From the IMG/VR virus record IMGVR_UViG_3300045988_164982: a DNA stretch of 64,000 nucleotides; one strand, given 5' to 3'. A program made the position numbers and the translations under genes. The DNA is from a virus. Positions 47,146 through 56,177 of the stretch are shown one piece after another. The notes beneath the pieces are model-generated. The model was not told the origin of the DNA. It did not search any database and was given only the letters and a program-made list of their open reading frames with translations. Each line of letters begins with the position of its first letter. Position 1 is the first letter of the stretch.

Positions 47146-47295
47146 TTTTGAAGCGTATTCGCTCAATATCTTGAATATCATGTTATTCAACGAACGATTA
47201 TCAGCTTTGCCAAGCTCTATAAGTGCTGTTTTCAGCTGGGGAGTAATACAAATATTACAGCGAACTTTTTCTTCACCAGATAAGAAATTTGCCAT
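47118..47295 (-). CDS. small ribbon-helix-helix protein whose 3' end is replaced by the IS left end
   Basis: MANFLSGEEKVRCNICITPQLKTALIELGKADNRSLNNMIFKILSEYASKHF then 8 codons and a stop inside the IS hairpin. Confidence 0.3.
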
Positions 47296-47402
47296 TTTGT
47301 AGCCCTCACTTTCGATAATATTAACTTTATTATATGTTTACTATGTGCCGTTGTCAAGGCTCAAACGCATATATAATGCGCATTTACGCATAATAATGTT
47401 GC

Positions 47403-47422
47403 TAAAAACAGCTACAAATAGT
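47403..47422. promoter_or_regulatory. operator copy TGTTGCTAAAAACAGCTACAAAT followed by TATAAT
   Basis: fourth copy of the palindrome family, with a -10-like element adjacent. Confidence 0.45.
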
Positions 47423-47468
47423 ATAATATAAGGGTAACAAAAAGAATTTTGGAAGAGAGGTATTTTTA

Positions 47469-47837
47469 GTGATAGTTAGCAGTATAAAAAGGGAAATCCA
47501 GCGTAAATATGATTTTCGGAATTGCCATATCGGCACGGAGCGTTTTCCGTGGGACAGGGGGTATCACGAGGGATATTTAGATGCCTTGAAGAGTGTTCTT
47601 GACCTGATAAGCAAGGAAGAAGCTAAGGATAACAGCGAGCACTGGCAGCCAAGATACGGAGAGGTTTATTTTTTTCTTGAAACCCTGCGTGTAGGCATAA
47701 AAGATAGACCTACAGTTTTTGCCGGTATATGGAGAAATACTGAAGCTGACCGCCAGAGAAATGAACGAAATAACTGCTTTAGAACACAAACCTCTGCGGC
47801 AGCCTACAGGAGAAATATTTGTGTCGGTGAAAAGTAA
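47469..47837 (+). CDS. hypothetical protein (GTG start)
   Basis: RBS AGAGAGGT. Confidence 0.4.
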   Translation: MIVSSIKREIQRKYDFRNCHIGTERFPWDRGYHEGYLDALKSVLDLISKEEAKDNSEHWQPRYGEVYFFLETLRVGIKDRPTVFAGIWRNTEADRQRNERNNCFRTQTSAAAYRRNICVGEK

Positions 47838-47858
47838 TGCGTAAGAAGCAAGAGAGAG

Positions 47859-48677
47859 GTGGAAAATGTGATGGATTTAGCAGTAATTGAGCACGCAGGA
47901 GAGCGTGTGTTGACAACAGAACAGTTAGCAGAGGTTTATGAATGTGATGTGAAACGAATATCGGAAAACTTCAAACGCAATGAAGATAGATTCGTTGAAG
48001 ATAAACATTATTTCAAACTGACAGGGGCCACACTTAAAGCATTCAAGGCCTCATTAGGTAATCAGCAAATTGCGGAAAACCTAAAATTTGCTCCTAAAAT
48101 TTATCTTTGGACTCGCCGAGGAGCTTCCAGACATTGCAAGATGTTAGGCACGGATAAAGCGTGGGAGATGTTCGACCAGCTGGAGGAAACATATTTCAAC
48201 TCAAAGACTAAACAGTTGACATTGGCAGAACAGATGGCGCAGGGGCTGTTAGCTGCCAAAGAGTTATTGGAGGCCAAGGACAAGCAGGTTAAAGAACTCA
48301 CAGCTACCTGTTCCCAGCAACAGCAAATGATAGGAGAGCTAAAGCCAAAAGCTGACTATGTTGACAGAATCCTAAAAAGTGATTCTCTAGTGACTATCAC
48401 TCAGATTGCTAAAGATTATGGCATGAGCGGTAAGGCTATGAACAAAGCACTTCACGACCTGCATATAATTTATAACTGCAATAGGCAGTGGCTTTTGTAC
48501 AGCCAGCACCAAGCAAAAGGGTACACTTTCTCGGAAACAGTGGATATTCCTTTGGATGATGGCACCACCAAGGTCGTAATGAATACTAAGTGGACACAGA
48601 AAGGCCGATTGTTCCTGTATGAGATGCTGAAAAAACATGGAGTGATTCCACTGATTGAAAAACAAATTGGGGCGTAA
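47859..48677 (+). CDS. phage antirepressor (ORF6N/Rha-type N-terminus, KilA-C-like C-terminus)
   Basis: LAVIEHAGERVLTTEQLAEVYECDVKRISENFKRNEDRFVEDKHYFKLTG. Confidence 0.5.
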   Translation: MENVMDLAVIEHAGERVLTTEQLAEVYECDVKRISENFKRNEDRFVEDKHYFKLTGATLKAFKASLGNQQIAENLKFAPKIYLWTRRGASRHCKMLGTDKAWEMFDQLEETYFNSKTKQLTLAEQMAQGLLAAKELLEAKDKQVKELTATCSQQQQMIGELKPKADYVDRILKSDSLVTITQIAKDYGMSGKAMNKALHDLHIIYNCNRQWLLYSQHQAKGYTFSETVDIPLDDGTTKVVMNTKWTQKGRLFLYEMLKKHGVIPLIEKQIGA

Positions 48678-48693
48678 AGTAGGAGAGCAAAAC

Positions 48694-49422
48694 ATGGGCG
48701 CAAAAAGGAAATTAAAGCGGTCAGCAGAAAAGGCACTGGCCAAGAAAACTACTAAGGAATTAAAGCCACACTTGAAATATTATCGTGCTGGCAAGCTGTT
48801 GGCAGAATCTAATGTGGATAGAATCGGAGAGTTTTGCAGGGCATATTTTATCCCAATGTTTGGCTATGTTATGCATAAGCATTACGGCTTTGGTTTTACC
48901 AGGCTAGCCAAATTGAGCGACGAGCTGGTGAGAATGATAAACCTTGTGGCAGAATCAAACACTGCTGACAAAATGAGGGCAAAAAACATCTTCATTCAGG
49001 ATGGGGACCCTAATGTGCCACACCATTACATTACGGCTCCTGAAATGATAGAGGATTTTGAAATTGAGTGCAGGTACAAGTTTGAGCGATACCAGAAGAA
49101 GACCCCACCTAAGACAGCCAGTGCGGAAGAGTATGCTAAGTGGATAGCAGGAGATATGGCTGGGGTAATCACAGACGATTTAAAGGTAGTATGGCTGCAT
49201 ACACTATGGACGACATTCGGCTTTGGGGCAAAAAGACTTACCGACTGTGCAAATTACCTAAAGCAGTATATGTGGCAGAACAAAAAAGACTTCATGGCAA
49301 AGCTGGAGGAAATGGAGAAGTGCCATCAAGGCAGTGAGTACATACAGTTCACCAGTATCAGAAAAATGCTGGACAATCTGAATGTAGATGATGAAATGAG
49401 CATTAATCTGACAGTGGCATAA
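48694..49422 (+). CDS. hypothetical protein with a basic N-terminus
   Basis: RBS AGGAGAG. Confidence 0.4.
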   Translation: MGAKRKLKRSAEKALAKKTTKELKPHLKYYRAGKLLAESNVDRIGEFCRAYFIPMFGYVMHKHYGFGFTRLAKLSDELVRMINLVAESNTADKMRAKNIFIQDGDPNVPHHYITAPEMIEDFEIECRYKFERYQKKTPPKTASAEEYAKWIAGDMAGVITDDLKVVWLHTLWTTFGFGAKRLTDCANYLKQYMWQNKKDFMAKLEEMEKCHQGSEYIQFTSIRKMLDNLNVDDEMSINLTVA

Positions 49423-49427
49423 AAAAC

Positions 49428-49462
49428 TCTTGACTTTTTGTGCGCACACAATTATAATTGTG
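49428..49462 (+). promoter_or_regulatory. sigma-70 promoter TTGACT-17-TATAAT with palindromic spacer TGTGCGCACA
   Basis: near-consensus -35 and -10 elements with 17-bp spacing. Confidence 0.55.
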
Positions 49463-49482
49463 TATTGTTAGGAGGTGAAAAA

Positions 49483-49677
49483 ATGAAACCTCGAAGAGGG
49501 CGACCACCTAAGACAGGACAAACTAGAGATAAAAAGATGAATATCAGGTTGAGTGGGCAAGAGTTACAACGGATAGAAAAATGTGCCGAGCAATTGTCCT
49601 TAACGAGAACTGATACACTTTTGGCAGGTCTTGTCTTGTTGGAAGCAGACATAGAAAAATGTCAACAAAATAAATAG
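49483..49677 (+). CDS. small DNA-binding protein (RHH/MobC-like, GRPPK N-terminus)
   Basis: strong RBS AGGAGGTGA. Confidence 0.4.
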   Translation: MKPRRGRPPKTGQTRDKKMNIRLSGQELQRIEKCAEQLSLTRTDTLLAGLVLLEADIEKCQQNK

Positions 49678-49788
49678 CACTGTTCCCAGCCGACCAAAGC
49701 GAAAACAGTGCTACAACACAACAAAACCGAAAGGCTCTGTTAAATCTATTATAGCAGACCTTTCGGTGTAATGAAAGGAAAACTTAAT

Positions 49789-50640
49789 ATGAATTTTGAA
49801 TTGGTGTGCAAAGATAATGTATTTTATGCTGACAGTAGAGAGGTTGCAAAGCTGACCGGTAAACGCCATGACCATTTAGTACGTGATATTGATAGCTATG
49901 TCAATATAATTAATCAAAACCCAAAATTGGGGGCTGATGAACACTTAGGTCAAAATCCAAAATTGGATTCTGATAATTTCTTTGTAGAATCAAGCTATAC
50001 AGCTGGCACTGGCAAAGCCTATAAATGCTATTTGCTGACTAAGAAAGGCTGCGATATGGTAGCCAACAAAATGACAGGCGAAAAGGGAATCCTGTTTACC
50101 GCTACATATGTGGATAAATTCCATGAGATGGAGCACCAGCTGGAACATAACAGGCTCAATCATGTGAATGTTGTACAGCGTATATCAGACAGAGAGATTC
50201 AGCTGGAAGAAAAGAAACTAGCCCTAGAGGAAAAGAAATTTCTCTATGAGAGCTGGCTGAAACTTTCAAGCCTGACAGAGATTCCAGAGTATAAGCAAAT
50301 TAGCCAGTCGTATGCGGCTAACACATTGGCTGGCAAAGAAGTCTTTGCACTACCACAGGTAACAGAAAAGACCTATACCGCCACCGAGGTGGGTGAGATG
50401 TTGGGCATATCGGCTAACAAAGTAGGTAAGCTGGCTAAGGGTAATAATCTGAAAACAGAGCAGTATGGTAAGTGGTTCTATGATAAGTCCAAGTATTCAG
50501 GTAAGCAGGTAGAATCATTCAGGTACAACCAAGCTGGAGTAGAGGCTATCAGGGCAAAGCTAAACGACAATCATGGTAAAATCATAGGCTATGAGCCTTG
50601 TGGTGGAAGTGGCAAGCTGGTGGCCTTAGTACAGAAGTAA
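49789..50640 (+). CDS. phage regulatory protein Rha
   Basis: VFYADSREVAKLTGKRHDHLVRDI Rha motif. Confidence 0.65.
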   Translation: MNFELVCKDNVFYADSREVAKLTGKRHDHLVRDIDSYVNIINQNPKLGADEHLGQNPKLDSDNFFVESSYTAGTGKAYKCYLLTKKGCDMVANKMTGEKGILFTATYVDKFHEMEHQLEHNRLNHVNVVQRISDREIQLEEKKLALEEKKFLYESWLKLSSLTEIPEYKQISQSYAANTLAGKEVFALPQVTEKTYTATEVGEMLGISANKVGKLAKGNNLKTEQYGKWFYDKSKYSGKQVESFRYNQAGVEAIRAKLNDNHGKIIGYEPCGGSGKLVALVQK

Positions 50641-50786
50641 ATCAGGAAATCCAAAGCAGGGGCATCCACTTTTGTGGGTGTCCTTTTTGCTGTGAATCCA
50701 GTCGGCTAAAGGCTTTTCAAGGTTTGCACAAATTGAAAAAAGCTGTGAAAAATGGTAAAATATCAGTAGGAAAACTAATAAAAAGA

Positions 50787-51131
50787 GGTGATTTTATGGC
50801 CATTAAGATTGTGCCGTCGTACCTGACTATTCCAGAGGGCGTGACCATTGACCAGCTGGAGAAGTTCATTGACACTATGAATCAGGGGCTTAGAGATGTC
50901 CAAGCAGCGTACACCGCCATCAAGGATAACACCGAGCCAGAGGAGAACGAGGAGCTGATTGCAGGGCTGGGAGAAAAGCTGGCAGGAAGTATGGCAATGT
51001 CCTATACTACACTGATAGCTTTATCCAAGGTAGCAGAACTGAAAAACTATCCTAACAGCTTTGTAGATGATGCTATCAAGTTTACTAATTTGGGTAATAG
51101 GCTGTGCCGGTATCATTCTGATATTTGCTAG
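50787..51131 (+). CDS. hypothetical protein
   Basis: ORF. Confidence 0.35.
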   Translation, partial: GDFMAIKIVPSYLTIPEGVTIDQLEKFIDTMNQGLRDVQAAYTAIKDNTEPEENEELIAGLGEKLAGSMAMSYTTLIALSKVAELKNYPNSFVDDAIKFTNLGNRLCRYHSDIC

Positions 51132-51149
51132 TAATTTCAGGTAAAAGAA

Positions 51150-51182
51150 AAGCCCCACCATTATGGCAGGGCTTTTTGATTT
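51150..51182. terminator. bidirectional terminator between convergent blocks
   Basis: GCCCCACCAT...ATGGCAGGGC imperfect stem flanked by an A-run and a T-run. Confidence 0.4.
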
Positions 51183-51220
51183 CTTATATCAGCTGGGGCA
51201 AGAACCCAAAATTGGTGGCG

Positions 51221-51451
51221 TCAAGCTGGTACCGCAGTAAAAGCTCCGTAACCATGTAGGAAGCGGTCTTCTTTGTCCTTGAATATTACCAGGTCATTGT
51301 CAATGCCAGCCGAGTAAATATTGTCGCTACAATCATCTACTAGCTTTTCCATAGCAGAATAACAAGCCTCGTTCTCATCGCTACTATCAATCAGGAATGG
51401 CAACGGCTTCACCAACTCGTCCAGATTATAGGTTGATAAATTATTAAACAT
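51221..51451 (-). CDS. hypothetical acidic protein (start uncertain)
   Basis: ORF; no clear RBS. Confidence 0.25.
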   Translation of the reverse strand: MFNNLSTYNLDELVKPLPFLIDSSDENEACYSAMEKLVDDCSDNIYSAGIDNDLVIFKDKEDRFLHGYGAFTAVPA

Positions 51452-51584
51452 AATGGGTGTAATGTGTGCACAATAGACTCTAAAATACATAAATAAGCAC
51501 CTCCAAGAACAAAACAGTGTGAAAATATGCAATAATGCTAGCAGGAATGTTGTTAAAGCAACACACCTGCCAACAATTATAGCA

Positions 51585-52112
51585 TTAGCAATTACGGTCG
51601 CTCCGCGGTGTTGTAATTGCTTTGATTTCACCAACACTGGCAGCGGTATCATCTAAAGCCTCAGCTAAAATGTGCATAGGTAGATTTAAATCTTTGTAGC
51701 CCCGATATAAAATGTCTAAATAATGCGGGCTGGGCAAACCAAGATGGCGGTCTTCGTGCATGATATAGGCCATACCGTCAGTCGGTGTATTTTGCCATTT
51801 TTCAGGGTATAAAGGCTTGAAATTTTCGATGGGCAAAGTTTTCTTGTAATAGAATGTAGGGTGTCCCTCATAGATGTCCAGACGGTTCTCATCAGCCTTA
51901 GAAATTGCCCAAACCAACACTGGCACCTTGCACAAAACATTCTTTTCAATGGTGGCATAATTGCCAGACTTGCTACCCTTGAACATGAGCTGATAGCCTG
52001 AAATATCAGCGATTCCAATGGGCATGGCATCAGGGCAACGATGGCTCATTTGTTGTAAATCCAAATTAGAACCATAGGCAAGATAAATGGAAAAATTCTT
52101 TGTTTTAGACAT
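51585..52112 (-). CDS. gamma-glutamyl cyclotransferase-like (GGCT/AIG2) protein
   Basis: YLAYGSNLDLQQMSHRCP N-terminal motif and DIYEG; RBS AGGAGG. Confidence 0.6.
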   Translation of the reverse strand: MSKTKNFSIYLAYGSNLDLQQMSHRCPDAMPIGIADISGYQLMFKGSKSGNYATIEKNVLCKVPVLVWAISKADENRLDIYEGHPTFYYKKTLPIENFKPLYPEKWQNTPTDGMAYIMHEDRHLGLPSPHYLDILYRGYKDLNLPMHILAEALDDTAASVGEIKAITTPRSDRNC

Positions 52113-52148
52113 GATTTTAGCCTCCTAAAAATTGCATTATGTGAAAAG

Positions 52149-52355
52149 TTAATCGTTATCGGATAGTAATACATCTATAAGCCCTAAAAACCACACAATC
52201 CCATCAAGAAATGTGTTCAGGATATTCATAAGAAGTACGGGCAGATAGAACAATATGATGAAGAATGTAATGGGAAATAGAACAAGTCCCATAATACCGC
52301 CAAAAGAGGCATCTATAATCTTGAACGTTTCCTTAGAGTCGCTATCAAATCCCAA
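52149..52355 (-). CDS. small membrane protein
   Basis: two hydrophobic segments. Confidence 0.35.
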   Translation of the reverse strand: MGFDSDSKETFKIIDASFGGIMGLVLFPITFFIILFYLPVLLMNILNTFLDGIVWFLGLIDVLLSDND

Positions 52356-52775
52356 TTACATCACCTCCAAGCGTGCCTGATTCTTTAACATGAGGCCAGT
52401 CAGAAGCCTGTTCAGCTCGCAAACATCATCAACATCAATAGAGGTCGTGTTTTCGCCATCTCTACCAGCAAGGAAGATGTCACCAAACAAAAGCCCAGCA
52501 TAGTCAAGCTCTCCAGTAGCCAATTTTAAAGGGTTCAAGCAGATATTTGGCTGTGGATTAGGTATAAGCAAAGCCTCATCATCAACAAAAATGTCATATT
52601 TTGCCAGTGGTGTTTTCAGAAGAATATCAGGCAGATAGCGGGTAGCTGGTACAAGGTTAAACAAACGACCGCCTACAAGATTTTGCATAGCCTTAATGTC
52701 GTGCTCTATTCGGATGACTTCAGGCGTAAAACTATCAGCCTTTAAATGTAATACAGTAAGTTTTCCTTTTTTCAT
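52356..52775 (-). CDS. hypothetical protein (cluster member)
   Basis: ORF, co-oriented with the neighbouring genes. Confidence 0.4.
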   Translation of the reverse strand: MKKGKLTVLHLKADSFTPEVIRIEHDIKAMQNLVGGRLFNLVPATRYLPDILLKTPLAKYDIFVDDEALLIPNPQPNICLNPLKLATGELDYAGLLFGDIFLAGRDGENTTSIDVDDVCELNRLLTGLMLKNQARLEVM

Positions 52776-52870
52776 AATGGTACACTCCTTTTACAGTAAA
52801 GAATATTGATGTATGGTACATCTCATAGGGCATTAATACTGTGTACTAGTGCCCTATAGGACAAACCAGA

Positions 52871-53836
52871 CTAACATACAGCAGATTCAGCCACTAAGGC
52901 TGAGGGGGAGGAGGTACGCCAAGCCACATTGCCAGACAGATTTTCTAATAGGAATTTACGACATGTTTCAAATTCTTTCCCCTTTAGCTTCAGTTGGTTA
53001 ATAAAACAGTGCATGAGATATGCCTGATTGTCGGTTTGTGCTGGAGTAGGGTCGGCACGCTTTTTTGACTTTGCTAATTCCATGATAGCAAGTGCAAACT
53101 GAATTGCGGTCTTGACTTTACCCGCATGGAGGGTGGAATTGAAAAGCCTAAACTCCACTGTGCCGTGCATTCCAAGCGAATGAAAATTCAATGCACGATA
53201 ACGGCTGTCATGATAATGCACGCTCTGCTGATGGCGTACCTCATCAGGCAAGCACGAATAAAAACTGGCCAAAAATTCATCTAGGGTAAAGTCACCAGTC
53301 AGTGCATTTATTGCCCTAGAATATCTCCCGCTCATTGGCTGACAATATGTGATGTTGCGGTGCTCATCATCAACCTGAAAGGCATTGAAAAACATTGCTT
53401 CATTCTTGTGCCAGATGTTGGCTAAGACTCGCAGGTGCTTTGGCGTAAAGTCATCAGCACCTATGTGTACATGTAAGCCACAAGACCGGTTTACTTTAGC
53501 TCCGTATCTTTTCAGATTACGAACGACCTCCTGTAGAATCTCGATGTCTTGACTGCCAGACAGTATCGGCGTGATTAATTCGCATTGAGATGTGGCAACA
53601 TCATCACCCTCATGTGTTGGAGAACATGTCCTTATGCTAGAGTCACGGGCAATATACCAATTACGGCCTTTGCTGTCCTGATACACATATTTGTCATAGA
53701 CACCACCACAAAAGTCCGTTTTAGCGAAAATGTTTTTGGAAATTGTAGTTGCAACAATGGCAATAGCCGCTGGCCTTGATACTCCGCAAAATTCCAGCTC
53801 TACACCAAAAGTGCGTGCCTCCATGTTTTCATTCAT
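52871..53836 (-). CDS. amidoligase / GCS2-like carboxylate-amine ligase
   Basis: N-terminal FGVELEF and SCGLHVHIG (GxHxHxG) motifs of the glutamine-synthetase-like amidoligase/YbdK superfamily. Confidence 0.55.
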   Translation of the reverse strand: MNENMEARTFGVELEFCGVSRPAAIAIVATTISKNIFAKTDFCGGVYDKYVYQDSKGRNWYIARDSSIRTCSPTHEGDDVATSQCELITPILSGSQDIEILQEVVRNLKRYGAKVNRSCGLHVHIGADDFTPKHLRVLANIWHKNEAMFFNAFQVDDEHRNITYCQPMSGRYSRAINALTGDFTLDEFLASFYSCLPDEVRHQQSVHYHDSRYRALNFHSLGMHGTVEFRLFNSTLHAGKVKTAIQFALAIMELAKSKKRADPTPAQTDNQAYLMHCFINQLKLKGKEFETCRKFLLENLSGNVAWRTSSPSALVAESAVC

Positions 53837-53940
53837 AGTACATACACTCCTTAGAAATACATTGATAATATTCAGTCCTAAAGACTTTACACTGCCCACC
53901 AGGCGAAAGCTGGCAAGCAGGTTAAAACCTTTAGAGTATG
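53837..53940 (-). promoter_or_regulatory. conserved structured 5' UTR element, copy 1 (upstream of the amidoligase)
   Basis: about 100 nt nearly identical to 55256-55350, including the RBS AAGGAGTGTATGTACTATG; internal hairpin with compensatory changes. Confidence 0.5.
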
Positions 53941-54010
53941 GATATATTAAGCTCATCAGCAGCCAAGCGGATGGCCTTGTCGAAAAATTCCTGAGAAATT
54001 GACTTTTCTA

Positions 54011-54184
54011 CAGTGCTGGCCATTTTGCCGTTGAAAAGTTCCCAGCAATCAGGGCCAATCTTGAATATGTTTTTTTATCAGTAGCGTCCAGCTGTTGCCC
54101 TAACCAAAAAATGTTGCCGTCAATGAGAAGTTTTGCAAGAATACCACCAAACTCGTCGTTATATTCACAATCCAGAACTGTCAT
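54011..54184 (-). CDS. small hypothetical protein (57 aa)
   Basis: AGGAGG RBS 6 nt upstream of the ATG. Confidence 0.35.
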
Positions 54185-54199
54185 AATAAAACCTCCTTT

Positions 54200-54706
54200 T
54201 TATCGCGGTAATCTAGAAGTGACACGTAAAATTTTATCTTTATATATTTTTGAAATTTCGATATGAATATCATTGACTAGGGTGTTGAGGTCTGATATTT
54301 TTTCATTCAGCAGGGCAATGGTGTCCTCGACGTGTTCAGCTTGTGCTGTTAGGTCTGATATTACCTTTTTGATATATTCGGCTCGTTTGTCTATCAATAC
54401 ATTGAGCTTTTCGGCATTGATACGCTTGCCGTCCAGAAAATCATCTAATTTACATATAACTAGATTGCGTGCATAATCATCACAAGCTCCGTCCTCGCGT
54501 TCTATTTTAATGCTTTTTTTATCATAGCTAGCGTGATAAACATAACAGCCAACTGACTCTAAGGCATTGTCAAAACGCTTGTTATAACACTTGCCATCAA
54601 ACTGCTGGGCAATAGCTTTTACGCCATCGACCAGGGCAAAGGTCTTTTCATACTGAGAGATACGTGCCTGTAATAAAATTTCTTCTTTTGTCATGACTTT
54701 AGCCAT
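54200..54706 (-). CDS. hypothetical protein
   Basis: 168-aa ORF. Confidence 0.4.
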   Translation of the reverse strand: MAKVMTKEEILLQARISQYEKTFALVDGVKAIAQQFDGKCYNKRFDNALESVGCYVYHASYDKKSIKIEREDGACDDYARNLVICKLDDFLDGKRINAEKLNVLIDKRAEYIKKVISDLTAQAEHVEDTIALLNEKISDLNTLVNDIHIEISKIYKDKILRVTSRLPR

Positions 54707-54781
54707 AATAAAAACCTCCTAAAAAGCTAACCACAAAAAATGCACTTGTGGTCATAAAGAATATATGGTATGATAATAGAG

Positions 54782-55255
54782 TCAAATTATACCTTTCCAA
54801 ATGAGCTTATATTCAGGTAAGGAACGGATAGAAGTTGACGACTTTAGCTCCGTATCTATGCCGATGATGATGTGGTCTAGTACGGGAATATTCAGGATTT
54901 TTCCTGCCTCTACCAATCGTCTAGTGGTATTAATATCATCCTCTGATGGAGTAGACACGCCACTGGGGTGGTTATGAGCTACGATGATGCTGGCCGCATT
55001 GTGCAGGATAGCAGGTGCAAACACCGACCTCGGCTCAACAACGGAGGCTGAGGAGCTACCCACGGAAATATCCTGAATAGCGATAACACCGCCCTTGATG
55101 TTCAAGCACATAACAGTGCAATGCTCGTATGGTTCATCTTTAAACCAGCTGGCCAGAATGGCGGTGGCATCATCAGCACCTGTGATGGTTTTAGTTTCGT
55201 AAAGATGACTGCCCTCACGGACAAGCTGAAGCTTGTAACTTGCAATTCTTTTCAT
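54782..55255 (-). CDS. RadC-like JAB/MPN-domain protein
   Basis: AHNHPSGVSTPSEDD ... PVLDHIIIG JAB signature. Confidence 0.7.
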   Translation of the reverse strand: MKRIASYKLQLVREGSHLYETKTITGADDATAILASWFKDEPYEHCTVMCLNIKGGVIAIQDISVGSSSASVVEPRSVFAPAILHNAASIIVAHNHPSGVSTPSEDDINTTRRLVEAGKILNIPVLDHIIIGIDTELKSSTSIRSLPEYKLIWKGII

Positions 55256-55352
55256 AGTAAATACACTCCTTGTATGTAAAAGATTGATATTCAGCCTAAA
55301 GGCTTTACACTGCCCACCAGATACAAATCTAATAGGCAGGTTAAAACTTTTA
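55256..55352 (-). promoter_or_regulatory. conserved structured 5' UTR element, copy 2 (upstream of RadC-like)
   Basis: see copy 1. Confidence 0.5.
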
Positions 55353-55360
55353 GGGTGGTA

Positions 55361-55894
55361 TCAGTACAACTCAATGTAACCACCAGCAGCAGGGATATAA
55401 TGCCCCTCAATTTCAAGGTCGCGACCATAGGCCTCATAATCAAAGTACCGAAGTAAAAGGTCTATATCTTTGGAACGGTCACAACCGGGGCAGTTAAAAT
55501 CTGCAATTACTTGACGGGCTACATCTCCCATGTCGTCGCAATTGTCATAAAAGGTGTAGTTGTCGTCTTCTAGGATGGTCAAACCCTCCTCAATATTGCA
55601 GGAATACTCATAAAGAATAGCCTCAATAATCTCGTCGTCCTCGTCAATGTCTTCCAGCCGTTCTGCGACATCATTCACATGGTCATAAGAGGCGTACTCG
55701 CCAAAATTAACTGGGCTTTCCCAATCAGGGAAAAAGTACTCCTCGTGTTCGTCATCGCATCCAATGTCAGACAAAATCTCATTGAACTCATCAGAGGAAA
55801 TAGGGAAGTCAATCCAACGGCCTTTATCAATGCCCTCGTTCCATAATCCCAGACAAGCGATATAACCACGGATAGCAATAGTATTGTTTTTCAT
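55361..55894 (-). CDS. ardA: antirestriction protein ArdA-like
   Basis: MKNNTIAIRGYIACLGLWNEGIDKGRWIDFPISSDEFNEIL N-terminus; highly acidic remainder (DNA mimic). Confidence 0.55.
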   Translation of the reverse strand: MKNNTIAIRGYIACLGLWNEGIDKGRWIDFPISSDEFNEILSDIGCDDEHEEYFFPDWESPVNFGEYASYDHVNDVAERLEDIDEDDEIIEAILYEYSCNIEEGLTILEDDNYTFYDNCDDMGDVARQVIADFNCPGCDRSKDIDLLLRYFDYEAYGRDLEIEGHYIPAAGGYIELY

Positions 55895-55931
55895 AATAAT
55901 ACACTCCTTTTTGAGATACATAATCAGCATA

Positions 55932-56138
55932 TCAGCAGTTTTTCCACTTATTAGAAAACCACTCCCTATAAGCTACAATGTCGTCACCTTTATAGATGTA
56001 CAAGGGTGTAAGCCGACCAGCACACAAGCGACTTGCAAAGCGTTTGGCACTAGTCAAGGTCTTGCAATCAATATAGGAAGTGTTGGACGAGTAATTGTCT
56101 AATTCTTCTATGATACGGAATACCATAATAAAAACCAC
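55932..56138 (-). CDS. small hypothetical protein
   Basis: ORF. Confidence 0.3.
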   Translation of the reverse strand: MVFIMVFRIIEELDNYSSNTSYIDCKTLTSAKRFASRLCAGRLTPLYIYKGDDIVAYREWFSNKWKNC

Positions 56139-56177
56139 CTTTCCAGAATCAGCCTAAAACGGCTGATTTTTTGCGTT

